Source of the DNA: an uncultured bacterium
GTDB taxonomy: Bacteria > Patescibacteriota > Minisyncoccia > Phycocordibacterales > UBA9973
Direction: 5' to 3'
Assembly (NCBI GenBank): GCA_903869825.1
Contig: CAIQAL010000001.1
Location: 7,185 to 71,184 of the forward strand
DNA: 64,000 nucleotides
In this document: positions 1 through 9,221 of the stretch, piece by piece
How positions within the stretch are numbered: position 1 is the first letter of the stretch
Layout of the letters: the number at the start of each line of letters is the position of its first letter
Made by a program: the position numbers and the translations under genes
The notes under the pieces: generated by a model
Seen by the model: the letters and a program-made list of their open reading frames with translations, nothing else
Told to the model about the DNA's origin: nothing
Database searches by the model: none

Positions 1-588
1 TTTGGTTGTTTTAGCTTACGTAGTAAAGAATATTGCATTTTAAATAAACAATACGGAAAAGCGGAATATGAAAAACTTGTACCAGAAATTATTGAAAATA
101 TGAGAGCGAGCGGGGACTGGGGTAATTTCTTTCCGGTTTGGATGAGTCCTTTCGGCTATAACGAGTCTATCTCAAATGAGTACATGCCGCTTGAGAAAAG
201 TGAAGCTTTGTCGCAAGGATTTACCTGGCGGGATAATATTCCATGTACGAAAGGGCAAGAAAATTGCAATTATAGAGACTTGCCAAAAGATTCCGTGGAA
301 TATTCCGATAAAGATTTACTAGATAAAATTTTGAAGTGTGAGTCTTGCGATAAAAATTATCGCTTTATTTCTCGTGAAATTTCCTTTTATAAACGAATGG
401 GTCTAGCTCTTCCCGCTAAGTGCTTTAATTGTCGGCACCAAGTGAGAATGAACAATAGAAATCCAAGAATTCTAAATGAGGTGACTTGTGTCGCTTGCGG
501 AGACAAAACCATGACTACTTATCCGAAAGAGAAGCACAAAATTTATAAAATATATTGCGAGGATTGTTATAAAAAAGAAATAAACTAA
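1..588 (+). CDS. Cys-rich Zn-ribbon/repeat protein, family copy 1 (5' end outside the window)
   Basis: Frame 1 is open from base 1 (FGCFSLRSKEYCILNKQY...), followed by FFPVWMSPFGYNE, a CESC..CFNCR Zn ribbon and a terminal CVAC-x19-CEDC-YKKEIN. Same motifs as the five other copies. Confidence 0.85.
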   Translation, partial: FGCFSLRSKEYCILNKQYGKAEYEKLVPEIIENMRASGDWGNFFPVWMSPFGYNESISNEYMPLEKSEALSQGFTWRDNIPCTKGQENCNYRDLPKDSVEYSDKDLLDKILKCESCDKNYRFISREISFYKRMGLALPAKCFNCRHQVRMNNRNPRILNEVTCVACGDKTMTTYPKEKHKIYKIYCEDCYKKEIN

Positions 589-589
589 T

Positions 590-1936
590 ATGCAAAATTA
601 TAAAGAACAATTTAAGGGAAAGAAAATAACAGTCATGGGGCTTGGGTTACTTGGGCGAGGCGTTGGAGATACTGCCTACTTAGCCGAATGCGGAGCGAAT
701 TTGATTGTGACTGATTTGAAATCAAAAGAACAACTTGCTAGTTCTTTAAAAATTCTTTCAAAATATAAAAACATTAGTTACAGGCTCGGTGAGCATAATC
801 TGGAAGATTTCAAAAATAGAGATATGATTTTGAAGGCAGCGGGAGTACCACTTGATTCTATTTACGTTAATGAAGCCCATAAAAATAATATTCCAGTTGA
901 GATGAGTGCTTCGCTGTTTGCCAAGGTAGCTGGAATAAAAGTTGTTGGAATTACTGGGACCCGGGGAAAATCCACTGTGACTCATTTGATCAACCAAATT
1001 TTTAAACTTGCCGGAAAAAAGGTTTTACTGGGGGGTAATGTCCGTGGAGTTTCCACATTGCAACTTTTGAAAAAAGTGACCCCGAATTCAATTGCTCTCT
1101 TTGAGCTTGATTCTTGGCAGTTGCAAGGGTTTGGGGATTCGAAAATTAGCCCCAATATATCAATTTTTACTACTTTTTTAGATGATCATTTAAATTACTA
1201 CAAAGGGAATCGTGACTTGTATTTCGATGATAAAGCAAATATTTTTAAGTATCAAAAAGAGGAAGATATTTTTGTCGCAGGAGAAGGGTTGGTAAAAAGA
1301 TTGCATGCAAAAGTTCGCGCTCGCGCTTTAGTTGCTCGAGAGAAAGATTTGCCAAAAGCTTGGAAATTAAAAATTCCAGGAGAGCATAACCGTCTGAACG
1401 CTCAATGCGCAGTGCTGGCGGCTCGGAGAATGGGGATAAGTGAAAAAACTATCCGAAAAGTAGTGGAAAACTACGAAGGGGTAGAAGGACGTTTGCAATA
1501 TATTCGGGAAATAAAAGGGATAAAGATTTATAATGATAATAATTCTACGACACCAGATGCGACGGTTGCCGCTCTTCGAGCAGTGGGCGATAAGAAGAAA
1601 AGAAAAGTGGTTTTGATTGTTGGGGGCGATGATAAAAAGCTCGATACAAAAAAACTCTTACACGAGATGCCGAAATGGTGTTCCAAAATTGTGATGTTTA
1701 AAGAGCGGGGGACAGAAACTATCCGAGATGCAGTATTTAAATTTAAAAAGAAAGGCATCGAAGTGTATGAAGAAGAAGGATTGCCAAATACAGTAAAAAG
1801 AGCGTATTCTCTAGCCAAACCCGGTGAAACTATTCTATATAGTCCCGGCTTTTCTTCTTTTGGTAAATATTTTAATAATGAGTATGAGCGTAGTGATCAG
1901 TTTATGAAATTAATAAAAAATTTATTGTATGCATAA
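590..1936 (+). CDS. murD: UDP-N-acetylmuramoyl-L-alanine--D-glutamate ligase
   Basis: N-terminal GLGLLGRG, P-loop GITGTRGKST, ELDSWQL, DHLNYY, YNDNNSTTP, C-terminal SPGFSSF. Confidence 0.95.
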   Translation: MQNYKEQFKGKKITVMGLGLLGRGVGDTAYLAECGANLIVTDLKSKEQLASSLKILSKYKNISYRLGEHNLEDFKNRDMILKAAGVPLDSIYVNEAHKNNIPVEMSASLFAKVAGIKVVGITGTRGKSTVTHLINQIFKLAGKKVLLGGNVRGVSTLQLLKKVTPNSIALFELDSWQLQGFGDSKISPNISIFTTFLDDHLNYYKGNRDLYFDDKANIFKYQKEEDIFVAGEGLVKRLHAKVRARALVAREKDLPKAWKLKIPGEHNRLNAQCAVLAARRMGISEKTIRKVVENYEGVEGRLQYIREIKGIKIYNDNNSTTPDATVAALRAVGDKKKRKVVLIVGGDDKKLDTKKLLHEMPKWCSKIVMFKERGTETIRDAVFKFKKKGIEVYEEEGLPNTVKRAYSLAKPGETILYSPGFSSFGKYFNNEYERSDQFMKLIKNLLYA

Positions 1937-2441
1937 AAAAATATTAATTTTAGGAGGAGTAGGTTCTGGAAAATCAACCTTGGCTAAAAAAATAGCTGAT
2001 TATACTGGCTATCCCTTAGTGCATTTAGATGAACTTTTGCTTGATGCAAATTGGAAAGCTGTAGACAAAAGCTTGTGGCAGGATATGTCAAAAGAATTCT
2101 TATCAAAAGAATTCGGGGTGATTGATGGTAATTATTCAAATTCCTTACCGGCAAGAATTGATTGGGCTGATCTTATTATTTTTATTGATATTTCCACTGT
2201 TCGGCAACTTTCACGAGTATTTGGAAGATATATCAAAAATAAAATAGGTCTTGAAAAAAGGATAGGTCACCCAAAGAATAGTAAAAATAAGCTGGAATTG
2301 GAGTTAATAACTTGGACTTATAACTGGAATCGGAAAAGCAAGAAAAAGACGCTAAATCTTCTTAAGAGAACCTATGATAAGAAAATAGTTTTTGTGACTC
2401 AACCCAAAAAACTGAAATTAAAAAAAATTTTATCAAAATGA
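1929..2441 (+). CDS. Adenylate kinase-like P-loop protein (FlaR/topology-modulation-like)
   Basis: ILGGVGSGKSTLA, HLDEL, IDGNYS, ADLIIFID. Confidence 0.8.
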   Translation: MHKKILILGGVGSGKSTLAKKIADYTGYPLVHLDELLLDANWKAVDKSLWQDMSKEFLSKEFGVIDGNYSNSLPARIDWADLIIFIDISTVRQLSRVFGRYIKNKIGLEKRIGHPKNSKNKLELELITWTYNWNRKSKKKTLNLLKRTYDKKIVFVTQPKKLKLKKILSK

Positions 2442-2444
2442 ATT

Positions 2445-2867
2445 ATGAAAAAAGTTGTTTTTATTTGTAAAGGAAATATATTTCGCAGTCAGGTGGCGAA
2501 AGCTTTTTACAATCAATTGGCAAAAGGTGGCTCTCGGGCAGAGAGCTATGGTACATGGGTAGAGGAAGAGGGTAATCAGGAGTTAAAACTTTCTTTATAT
2601 CCAAAAAATTTAGGAATATTATTTACTGAATTAAAAAAGTATAATATAGATATTTTGAATGAACACTGTGAACAACTGAAAGAAGAATATCTAAAAGATG
2701 CAGACGAGATAATAGTAATGGCTGAAAAAGAATTTATTCCGGGGTGGCTTACAAAGTATCAATATGAATATTGGGAAAATCTTCCTAATCCAGAAGCCCA
2801 TACAGTAGAATTTATGGAAGATGCAGTTAAATTAATAAGAAATAAAGTTTTAGAATTGATTAAATAA
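2445..2867 (+). CDS. Low-molecular-weight phosphatase / ArsC family protein
   Basis: VFICKGNIFRSQVA (C-x5-R P-loop), ADEIIVM, W-x-x-PNP tail. Confidence 0.8.
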   Translation: MKKVVFICKGNIFRSQVAKAFYNQLAKGGSRAESYGTWVEEEGNQELKLSLYPKNLGILFTELKKYNIDILNEHCEQLKEEYLKDADEIIVMAEKEFIPGWLTKYQYEYWENLPNPEAHTVEFMEDAVKLIRNKVLELIK

Positions 2868-2868
2868 T

Positions 2869-3441
2869 ATGAAAAAAAAAGAAAAAACATTAATAATGTT
2901 TATCGGAAAAACCCACTGCGGTAAAACTACTTGTGCTAAGGAATTAGAAAAAAAAGTAAAAGGCTTTGTCGCTCTCGAGGCTGACCCAATTGCCATTTTT
3001 ATGAAAAAGGAGTTTCCAATTTTAAGACAAAATGACGATAAAAAGATATATTCCGGTGCTGACAATAAAAATTCTTTAAAATTTCGTACCTTTTTGTTGT
3101 TTCTTGATTTCGCGTTGTTTCTAGGGAAGCCGATTTTACTTTCAAATGCAAATTTGTACTCAAACGGCCGTAAAACAATTATTAAATTATGCAAGAAGTA
3201 CAATTATAAAGTAGTTGGTGTTTATTTTGATTTTCCAGAAGAAATTCTTTTTGAAAGAGCAAAAAGTTCTGAGAGGAATAAGGATGTTTTAAGGGTTGTA
3301 AAAGATTTTAAAGACTTAATAACAATACAAAGAGACAGATTAGAAATTCCTAAACGTTCTGAATTTAATGAATTTTTTGTAGTCAAATCTCTACTCGAGG
3401 TCCAAAAATTACAAAAATTACTGGTGAAAAAATTAAAATAA
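2869..3441 (+). CDS. P-loop kinase (AAA_33 / polynucleotide-kinase-like)
   Basis: LIMFIGKTHCGKTT Walker A; LSNANL..R; GVYFDFPEEILFER. Confidence 0.7.
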   Translation: MKKKEKTLIMFIGKTHCGKTTCAKELEKKVKGFVALEADPIAIFMKKEFPILRQNDDKKIYSGADNKNSLKFRTFLLFLDFALFLGKPILLSNANLYSNGRKTIIKLCKKYNYKVVGVYFDFPEEILFERAKSSERNKDVLRVVKDFKDLITIQRDRLEIPKRSEFNEFFVVKSLLEVQKLQKLLVKKLK

Positions 3442-3445
3442 AATT

Positions 3446-3910
3446 ATGAAAGAAAGCAAAGAAAAAATTTTATTTTGGAATGATGATGGAGAATATGGGT
3501 GTTTTTCTAATTTTGCAATTTACACGATAATGTACAATGAGGAACTTTGGCCCAGCACAGAACACGCCTATCAGGCGGCAAAATTTGATGAGGAAAAAAT
3601 AATACAGGAAATTTTTAAAGCTAAAACTCCTTTAGGTGCTTTTAATATTGGGAGAGACCCAAAAAATATTTTAAAAAAAGATTGGTTTGAAACCAGAATT
3701 AAAGTAATGGAAGAAATTGTCCGAGAAAAAATAAAACAATATCCGGAAATTGGAAAAAAACTTATAGAAACAGGCGATAGAGAAATAATAGAAGCATCAC
3801 CGATAGATTCATTTTGGGGTTGGGGTCCTGACAAAAAAGGAGAAAACAATATGGGTAAAATTTGGATGAAATTAAGAGAGGAAATTATAAATAAAGAAAT
3901 AATTTTGTGA
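3446..3910 (+). CDS. NADAR (YbiA-like) family protein
   Basis: YGCFSNF, WPSTEHAYQAAKF, EASPIDSFWG, GENNMGKIWMKLRE. Confidence 0.92.
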   Translation: MKESKEKILFWNDDGEYGCFSNFAIYTIMYNEELWPSTEHAYQAAKFDEEKIIQEIFKAKTPLGAFNIGRDPKNILKKDWFETRIKVMEEIVREKIKQYPEIGKKLIETGDREIIEASPIDSFWGWGPDKKGENNMGKIWMKLREEIINKEIIL

Positions 3911-4470
3911 AAAACAACGTATTTATTTTTCATGGGACAGAAGGGTACCCAGAAGAAAACTGGTTTCCTTGGATGAAAGAAAAACTTGAAGCAAAAGGTT
4001 GTAATGTTATCGTTCCGCAATTTCCAACTCCACCAATCGTGCCGGCCAAAATTACAGAATGGTTTGATGTTTTTAAAAAATACGAAGAATATATTGACGA
4101 AGATACGATTTTAATTGGGCATAGCCTGGGTGGAGTTTTTGCCTTACGAATTTTGGAAAAAATAAAGAGTCCCATCAAGGCGGTTTTCCTTATTGGAACA
4201 CCGATAGGGGTAAGGCCAGTTTTTAATTACAACAGAGATAGTAGTTTTTGTGGTTTTGATTTTGATTGGAGAAATATTAAAACAAAAACGAAACATTTTG
4301 ATGTTTTCCAGTCGGACAACGACCCTTTTGTATCTTTAGGGAATGGTGAGCAATTAGCAAAAGAATTAGGAGTGCCACTTACATTTATTCCAAATGCTGG
4401 ACATTTTAATGAAAAAGCAGGATATTTAACCTTCTCAAAGTTACTAGAAAAAATCGAAACAATTTTATGA
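3907..4470 (+). CDS. RBBP9/YdeN-family alpha/beta hydrolase
   Basis: FIFHG..NWFPW, GHSLGG nucleophile elbow, SDNDPFV, AGHFN. Confidence 0.9.
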   Translation: MKNNVFIFHGTEGYPEENWFPWMKEKLEAKGCNVIVPQFPTPPIVPAKITEWFDVFKKYEEYIDEDTILIGHSLGGVFALRILEKIKSPIKAVFLIGTPIGVRPVFNYNRDSSFCGFDFDWRNIKTKTKHFDVFQSDNDPFVSLGNGEQLAKELGVPLTFIPNAGHFNEKAGYLTFSKLLEKIETIL

Positions 4471-5090
4471 AATTAATTCTTGGATCGGATTTAAGTTTTT
4501 TATTGAAATATGGCTATGATTTGACTTGTATTTCTAAAGACCAAATGAAAATTGGTTATATTACAACTGCAGCCAAAGGAGACAGAGGAGATTTTAGTCG
4601 TAAATTAAAGTTTGCGATTAAAGACGCTGGTTATAATTTTGAAGAAATAGACATCGAAGGCAAGACAAAAGAAGAATTAAGAAATTTATTTAAGGATAAA
4701 AATATTATCCACATAGAAGGAGGAAATAGTTTTTATCTTATTAAAGTAATTAGGGAAACAGGCTTTGCGGAAATATTAAAAGAACTATTAGAAGAAGGAA
4801 AAATATATATTGGAACGAGTGCTGGTTCATACATTATGTGTCCGACAATAGAGGTTTCAAATTGGGACACTACTGGGAAAATCCGTTATGGAGTTACCGA
4901 TTTTACTGCTCTCAACTATGTGCCTTATGTTTTCAAGGTTCACTATAAGGACGAACAGGAAAGCAAAGTTAGAGAAAATATGAAAACTCTTAAATACCCA
5001 CTGAGGATATTACGAGACGGTCAAGGCATTTTAGTTGAAGATGGCAAATATACTTTTGTGGGTGATGGGGAAGAAGTTAAATTTGATTAA
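4467..5090 (+). CDS. Peptidase S51 (dipeptidase E-like, class I GATase-like fold)
   Basis: GYITTAA, IHIEGGNSFYL, YIGTSAGS, VHY. Confidence 0.88.
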   Translation: MKLILGSDLSFLLKYGYDLTCISKDQMKIGYITTAAKGDRGDFSRKLKFAIKDAGYNFEEIDIEGKTKEELRNLFKDKNIIHIEGGNSFYLIKVIRETGFAEILKELLEEGKIYIGTSAGSYIMCPTIEVSNWDTTGKIRYGVTDFTALNYVPYVFKVHYKDEQESKVRENMKTLKYPLRILRDGQGILVEDGKYTFVGDGEEVKFD

Positions 5091-5096
5091 TCTATT

Positions 5097-5663
5097 ATGC
5101 AAAAAGTTATTTCCTTACACGGAAAGAATATTCCATATACTCTTAAAATAAACAAAAGAACCAAAGGGGTGAAGATGTCCATTCATCCTGGCGGCATTTG
5201 CATTGTGACAGTGCGAAGCAAGAGAATCCCCCAAATATTGATTGAAAGATTTATGAGAGAAAAAGAGGATTGGATTATAGAGAAAATAAGGAAGATGGCT
5301 CAGTATAAAGACACGAGAGTTGGAGCAAAAGAAGAGTATAAAAAATATAAAGAGGTGGCATTAAAAATTGCGGAAGAAAGGCTTAAATATTTTAACCAGT
5401 TTTACAATTTTAGGTGGAATCGCATCACGATAAGAAATCAAAAGACCCGGTGGGGAAGTTGTTCAAAGCGGGGGAATTTGAGTTTCAATTATAAGATTGC
5501 TTTGTTGGAATCTAAGGCAGTTGATTACATTGTCGTGCACGAACTGTGTCATTTAAAAGAATTTAACCACTCTACCCGCTTTTGGAATTTGGTAGCTCAA
5601 ACGGTGCCGGAATATTTAAGTATTCGAAAAGATTTACGTAAAAATAAGCTAAGAATTGATTAA
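5097..5663 (+). CDS. YgjP/M48-like (SprT-family) zinc metallohydrolase
   Basis: QKTRWGSCS, DYIVVHELCHL (HExxH), NHSTRFW. Confidence 0.9.
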   Translation: MQKVISLHGKNIPYTLKINKRTKGVKMSIHPGGICIVTVRSKRIPQILIERFMREKEDWIIEKIRKMAQYKDTRVGAKEEYKKYKEVALKIAEERLKYFNQFYNFRWNRITIRNQKTRWGSCSKRGNLSFNYKIALLESKAVDYIVVHELCHLKEFNHSTRFWNLVAQTVPEYLSIRKDLRKNKLRID

Positions 5664-5680
5664 TTTGATATACTAAATTT

Positions 5681-6952
5681 ATGGATTTAGATTTAGTGAA
5701 AATCAAAAAAGTGTATTTCATCGGAATCGGAGGGATTGGGATTTCGGCGTTGGCGAAACTGGCAAAAACTCGGGGAATGGAAGTTAGTGGAGTGAACGAC
5801 GAGGAAGGGAAAACAGTAGATTTGCTTCGGGAATTTGGGATTATGGTCACTCGTCGTGAGGAATTTTTTGAATCTATGCCCTCGGAGAGGGGAAATTCGT
5901 TTTCATTTTCAGATTTATATGTTTACTCGGACGCTTGGCTTAATCGTGGACCTGAAATTTTGGAAGCGGCCAAGAAAACCGGGAAGCCAGTTTTAAGTTA
6001 TGCGGAAGCGCTTGGTGTTTTTGCGAAAGATTATAAAGTGATAGCAATCTCAGGGACTCATGGCAAGACCACGACCACGGCGATGGTGGCGGATATTTTG
6101 ATTGACGCGGGGATAGACCCGACGGTCATAGTGGGCTCTTTTGTCAAAAAGTTTGGCAGTAATTTTAGAAGTGGAAAAAGTCAGTATTTGGTAGTGGAAG
6201 CGGATGAGTATAACAGACACATGCTCGAACTTCATCCCTACATAGGAGCCATTACTAATATAGAAGCGGACCACCTGGACTGTTATAAAGATTTGGATGA
6301 TATCAAAATGGCTTTTGACCAGTTTCTAGCCCAAAGTCAGAACAAGATTTTGGATTATGGAGAATATATGGGGAAAGTCCCAAAGCTTTTGGTTCCCGGG
6401 GAACATAATAAAAAAAATGCTGCTTTAGCCTTAGCTATTGCCCGAATGCTTGGTTTAGACGAGAATCTTACCAAGAAATCACTGGAAGAGTTTCAGGGGA
6501 CCTGGCGTAGATTGGAAAAAAGGGGAGTAACCGAGTCGGGAACTATCGTTTATGACGATTATGCCCATCACCCGACCGAGGTCCGGGCCAGTATCGAAGC
6601 CTTAAGAGAATTTTACCCCACTGATCAAAAGAAGATTACCATTGTCTTTCAACCTCATTTGTATAGCAGAACGAAAGCTCTTTTTAAAGATTTTGCCAAA
6701 TGTTTTAAAGGGATAGACAAGATTATCCTCCTGCCGATCTATTTTGCTCGGGAGGCTCCGGACGAAAGTATCTCAAGCGGGAAATTAGCCGAAGCCATAT
6801 GCGAAAACGGGGAGAAAGCCATCGCTTTTACCGACTTTGAACTGGCGGAAGAGTACTTGAAGGGGCTGACTTTTGGAAAAGACGACATTTTTGTGACCAT
6901 GGGAGCGGGGGAGGCCTACAAAGTGGCTGACCAAATGCTAAAATTCTCCTAA
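5681..6952 (+). CDS. murC: UDP-N-acetylmuramate--L-alanine ligase
   Basis: FIGIGGIGIS, GTHGKTTTT, VEADEY, DDYAHHPTE, FQPHLYSRT, MGAG. Confidence 0.95.
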   Translation: MDLDLVKIKKVYFIGIGGIGISALAKLAKTRGMEVSGVNDEEGKTVDLLREFGIMVTRREEFFESMPSERGNSFSFSDLYVYSDAWLNRGPEILEAAKKTGKPVLSYAEALGVFAKDYKVIAISGTHGKTTTTAMVADILIDAGIDPTVIVGSFVKKFGSNFRSGKSQYLVVEADEYNRHMLELHPYIGAITNIEADHLDCYKDLDDIKMAFDQFLAQSQNKILDYGEYMGKVPKLLVPGEHNKKNAALALAIARMLGLDENLTKKSLEEFQGTWRRLEKRGVTESGTIVYDDYAHHPTEVRASIEALREFYPTDQKKITIVFQPHLYSRTKALFKDFAKCFKGIDKIILLPIYFAREAPDESISSGKLAEAICENGEKAIAFTDFELAEEYLKGLTFGKDDIFVTMGAGEAYKVADQMLKFS

Positions 6953-7086
6953 GACCCGTCAAGGAGATATCCACTTTGTTAAAATTAACCATATTTTACA
7001 ATTATTTGTCAATGGTAACTAGTAAAAATATTCTTATTTTTCAAGCTATTTTCTATTTGACAGATGGAGAAATTGTTGTTTAACTA

Positions 7087-7115
7087 TTGACTTTCTGTTG
7101 CCAATATGCTAGTAT
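7087..7115 (+). promoter_or_regulatory. Sigma70 promoter of the downstream cell-wall hydrolase gene
   Basis: TTGACT (7087-7092), 17-nt spacer, TGC-TAGTAT extended -10 (7110-7115). Confidence 0.65.
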
Positions 7116-7207
7116 ATAGACAGGTCCACATCTTAGCTAGATATGGACATTTTTCTTAAAGTTGCAGTATTTCGGAAATGGAGTTTGACGGAGCATAACC
7201 GTTCTGT

Positions 7208-7855
7208 ATGAAAAATAAAAAATTGATACGGTTTGTAGAATCTTTTGTTTTACTACCAGTCATGACAATATCGTTACCACTAGGGAATCTCCCTAATGGC
7301 AGTGTAAATGTTGTTTTGACTCCTACAACCGCATTATCACAAAAACAAAATATTGAAGCTTCTGGTTTGCTTGCCTATAACCAGGCAGATGAACAGGAAG
7401 CCAAGCTCTTAAAGCTTAAAGCCGATGCAGTTGATGCTTATTTTAGGGAGCACAATATGCCATTAGAAGGAACAGGAAAGACAATGGTTCAAGAAGCCGA
7501 AGAAAACGGTTTGGACTGGCGTCTTTTGGCTGCAATTGCTGTTAGGGAATCTACCGGAGGAATCCACGCTTGTAAAAGTGTTACTTTTAATTCTTTTGGC
7601 TGGGGGTCTTGTAGGATTGGATTCAAGTCCAATGAACAAGCGATTGAAACTATCGCTAAGCATTTAGGTGGCAACATGAAAAGTACGGCAGATCACTATG
7701 ATAATAAGACGACTGAACAAATTCTCCGAACCTATAATCCTCCTAAAATCGTTAAAAGATATGCCGAACAGGTGATGGCGATAATGGATGATATTGGTCA
7801 AACAGACATGGCACTTACTCTCCCTACCAAGGAAACTGAAACGACTAATACTTAA
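7208..7855 (+). CDS. Exported lysozyme-fold protein (glucosaminidase/lytic-transglycosylase-like)
   Basis: Basic and hydrophobic N-terminus; DWRLLAAIAVRESTGG (catalytic Glu-type ES motif), NSFGWG, YNPP..YAEQV. Confidence 0.7.
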   Translation: MKNKKLIRFVESFVLLPVMTISLPLGNLPNGSVNVVLTPTTALSQKQNIEASGLLAYNQADEQEAKLLKLKADAVDAYFREHNMPLEGTGKTMVQEAEENGLDWRLLAAIAVRESTGGIHACKSVTFNSFGWGSCRIGFKSNEQAIETIAKHLGGNMKSTADHYDNKTTEQILRTYNPPKIVKRYAEQVMAIMDDIGQTDMALTLPTKETETTNT

Positions 7856-7863
7856 TATTTAGC

Positions 7864-7902
7864 AAAAAAGACGGAAGCAATATTGCTTACGTCTTTTTTT
7901 TT
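7864..7902. terminator. Bidirectional intrinsic terminator
   Basis: aaaaaagacg-gaagcaa-ta-ttgctt-a-cgtctttttttt between convergent genes. Confidence 0.8.
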
Positions 7903-7915
7903 GTAGAATTTGGAA

Positions 7916-9013
7916 TTATTCTAGATAAATCAAAGTCATCTTGTGACTCTTTGGTTCAAAGAGGGTGATTTGGAAGTTATATTTTTTACCAAGTTCTAAT
8001 TTCTCACGAAGTTTTGATTCGGAAGTGAAGGTGGAATTATGAACCAGTCCAGCAACTCCTTCTTTGATGGAAACGAGAGCTCCGTGCTTATTGTACTTAA
8101 TAACAACTCCTTCAATAATATCTCCTTTTTTCAATTTGCCTTCAAATTCTTTCCATGGGTTTTCTTTTAGGGCTTTAATTGAAAGTGAGATTTTGCCTTC
8201 TTTTATTTCGATGACTTTAGCTTTGATTTGTTCTCCAACTTTAAACATTGTTCGAGGATCTTCCACTAGCCCCCAGTCAAGTTCAGAAATGTGGACTAAT
8301 CCTTCCAGCCCGTCTTCTAGTTTCAAGAACATCCCGAAGTCAACAATCCCTGCGATGGTGCAAAGAAGTTCGTCTCCAACGTTGTATTTAGAAAGGATTT
8401 CTTTCTTTTCTTCCGGATTATTGTCTTTTTCTGAGAAAATTAATTTGCCTTCTTTTGGCAAAGTGGAAATAATGATGACAGAAATTTTTTGACCAACTAA
8501 TTTTTTCAATTCTTTTAAGATTTTATCTTTATCAGAATCTTCCACTCTTGGGTAATGGTCGCTCTTAAGCTGGGAAGCTGGTAGAAATCCTTGTATTCCT
8601 TGCCAGTCCAAGATGAGGCCTCCTTTATTTGCTTCTTTGATTTCAAGGTCCATCACAGTTTTTGCCTTGATTGCTTTTTCGGCTTCGCTCCAGATGAGTG
8701 CTTGTTTTGCTTCTCGTAGAGATAGTTCGGTATAACCATCTTCGTTTTCTGTTTCAATAACTTTTGCTTTGATTATGTCGCCGAGCGCGATTTTTTTAAT
8801 GATGTCTTTTGCGTTGATGAATTCTTTCCCGTAGATTATCCCTGTTCCAAACGGAGCCAAGTCAACGAAAACAGATGATTTTTTAATTAAAATAACTGGC
8901 CCTTCTACTAAGGATTCAAAAGCAGGCCTTGTTGCACTTCGGTCCACAATAGATTTTAAAACCAGATTCTCTTTTTCTTCTTCCATTACTTCTGCTACTT
9001 TTTTTGTTCTCAT
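7916..9013 (-). CDS. rpsA: 30S ribosomal protein S1-like (four S1 domains)
   Basis: Repeated S1 motifs: NKGGL..QGFLPASQL, FGMFLKL..GLEGLVHISEL, HGALV..GVAGLVH. Confidence 0.85.
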   Translation of the reverse strand: MRTKKVAEVMEEEKENLVLKSIVDRSATRPAFESLVEGPVILIKKSSVFVDLAPFGTGIIYGKEFINAKDIIKKIALGDIIKAKVIETENEDGYTELSLREAKQALIWSEAEKAIKAKTVMDLEIKEANKGGLILDWQGIQGFLPASQLKSDHYPRVEDSDKDKILKELKKLVGQKISVIIISTLPKEGKLIFSEKDNNPEEKKEILSKYNVGDELLCTIAGIVDFGMFLKLEDGLEGLVHISELDWGLVEDPRTMFKVGEQIKAKVIEIKEGKISLSIKALKENPWKEFEGKLKKGDIIEGVVIKYNKHGALVSIKEGVAGLVHNSTFTSESKLREKLELGKKYNFQITLFEPKSHKMTLIYLE

Positions 9014-9020
9014 AATATTA

Positions 9021-9167
9021 CCAAGTGAACTAAAACTAAAATTCCACCAAATACGGTGGATTTATGGCTTAGGCGTTCCACCAAGAGAGGTGAAGTGTTA
9101 ACCTAAAATCCCGTAATAATATATATTCACTTGTTTTCTATATTACTACAACTTTTGAAAATTGCAA
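9021..9167 (-). promoter_or_regulatory. Putative promoter and structured 5' leader of rpsA
   Basis: TTGCAA (9162-9167) and TAATAT (9140-9145) on the - strand; two CCACC/GGTG hairpins; closing 8-bp pair 9022-9029 with 9126-9133. Confidence 0.55.
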
Positions 9168-9180
9168 GGGTAATATAAAT

Positions 9181-9221
9181 AAAAAAGCCGCTCCAAATAA
9201 TTTGAACGGCTGTGCCTTTTT
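9181..9221 (-). terminator. Probable terminator after pepD
   Basis: agccg...cggct stem with an A-tract on + (U-tract on -) directly after the pepD stop. Confidence 0.5.

Noticed and set aside
1929-5663. Integron cassette array
   Set aside because: Genes overlap or are 1-6 nt apart, leaving no room for attC sites, and there is no integrase.
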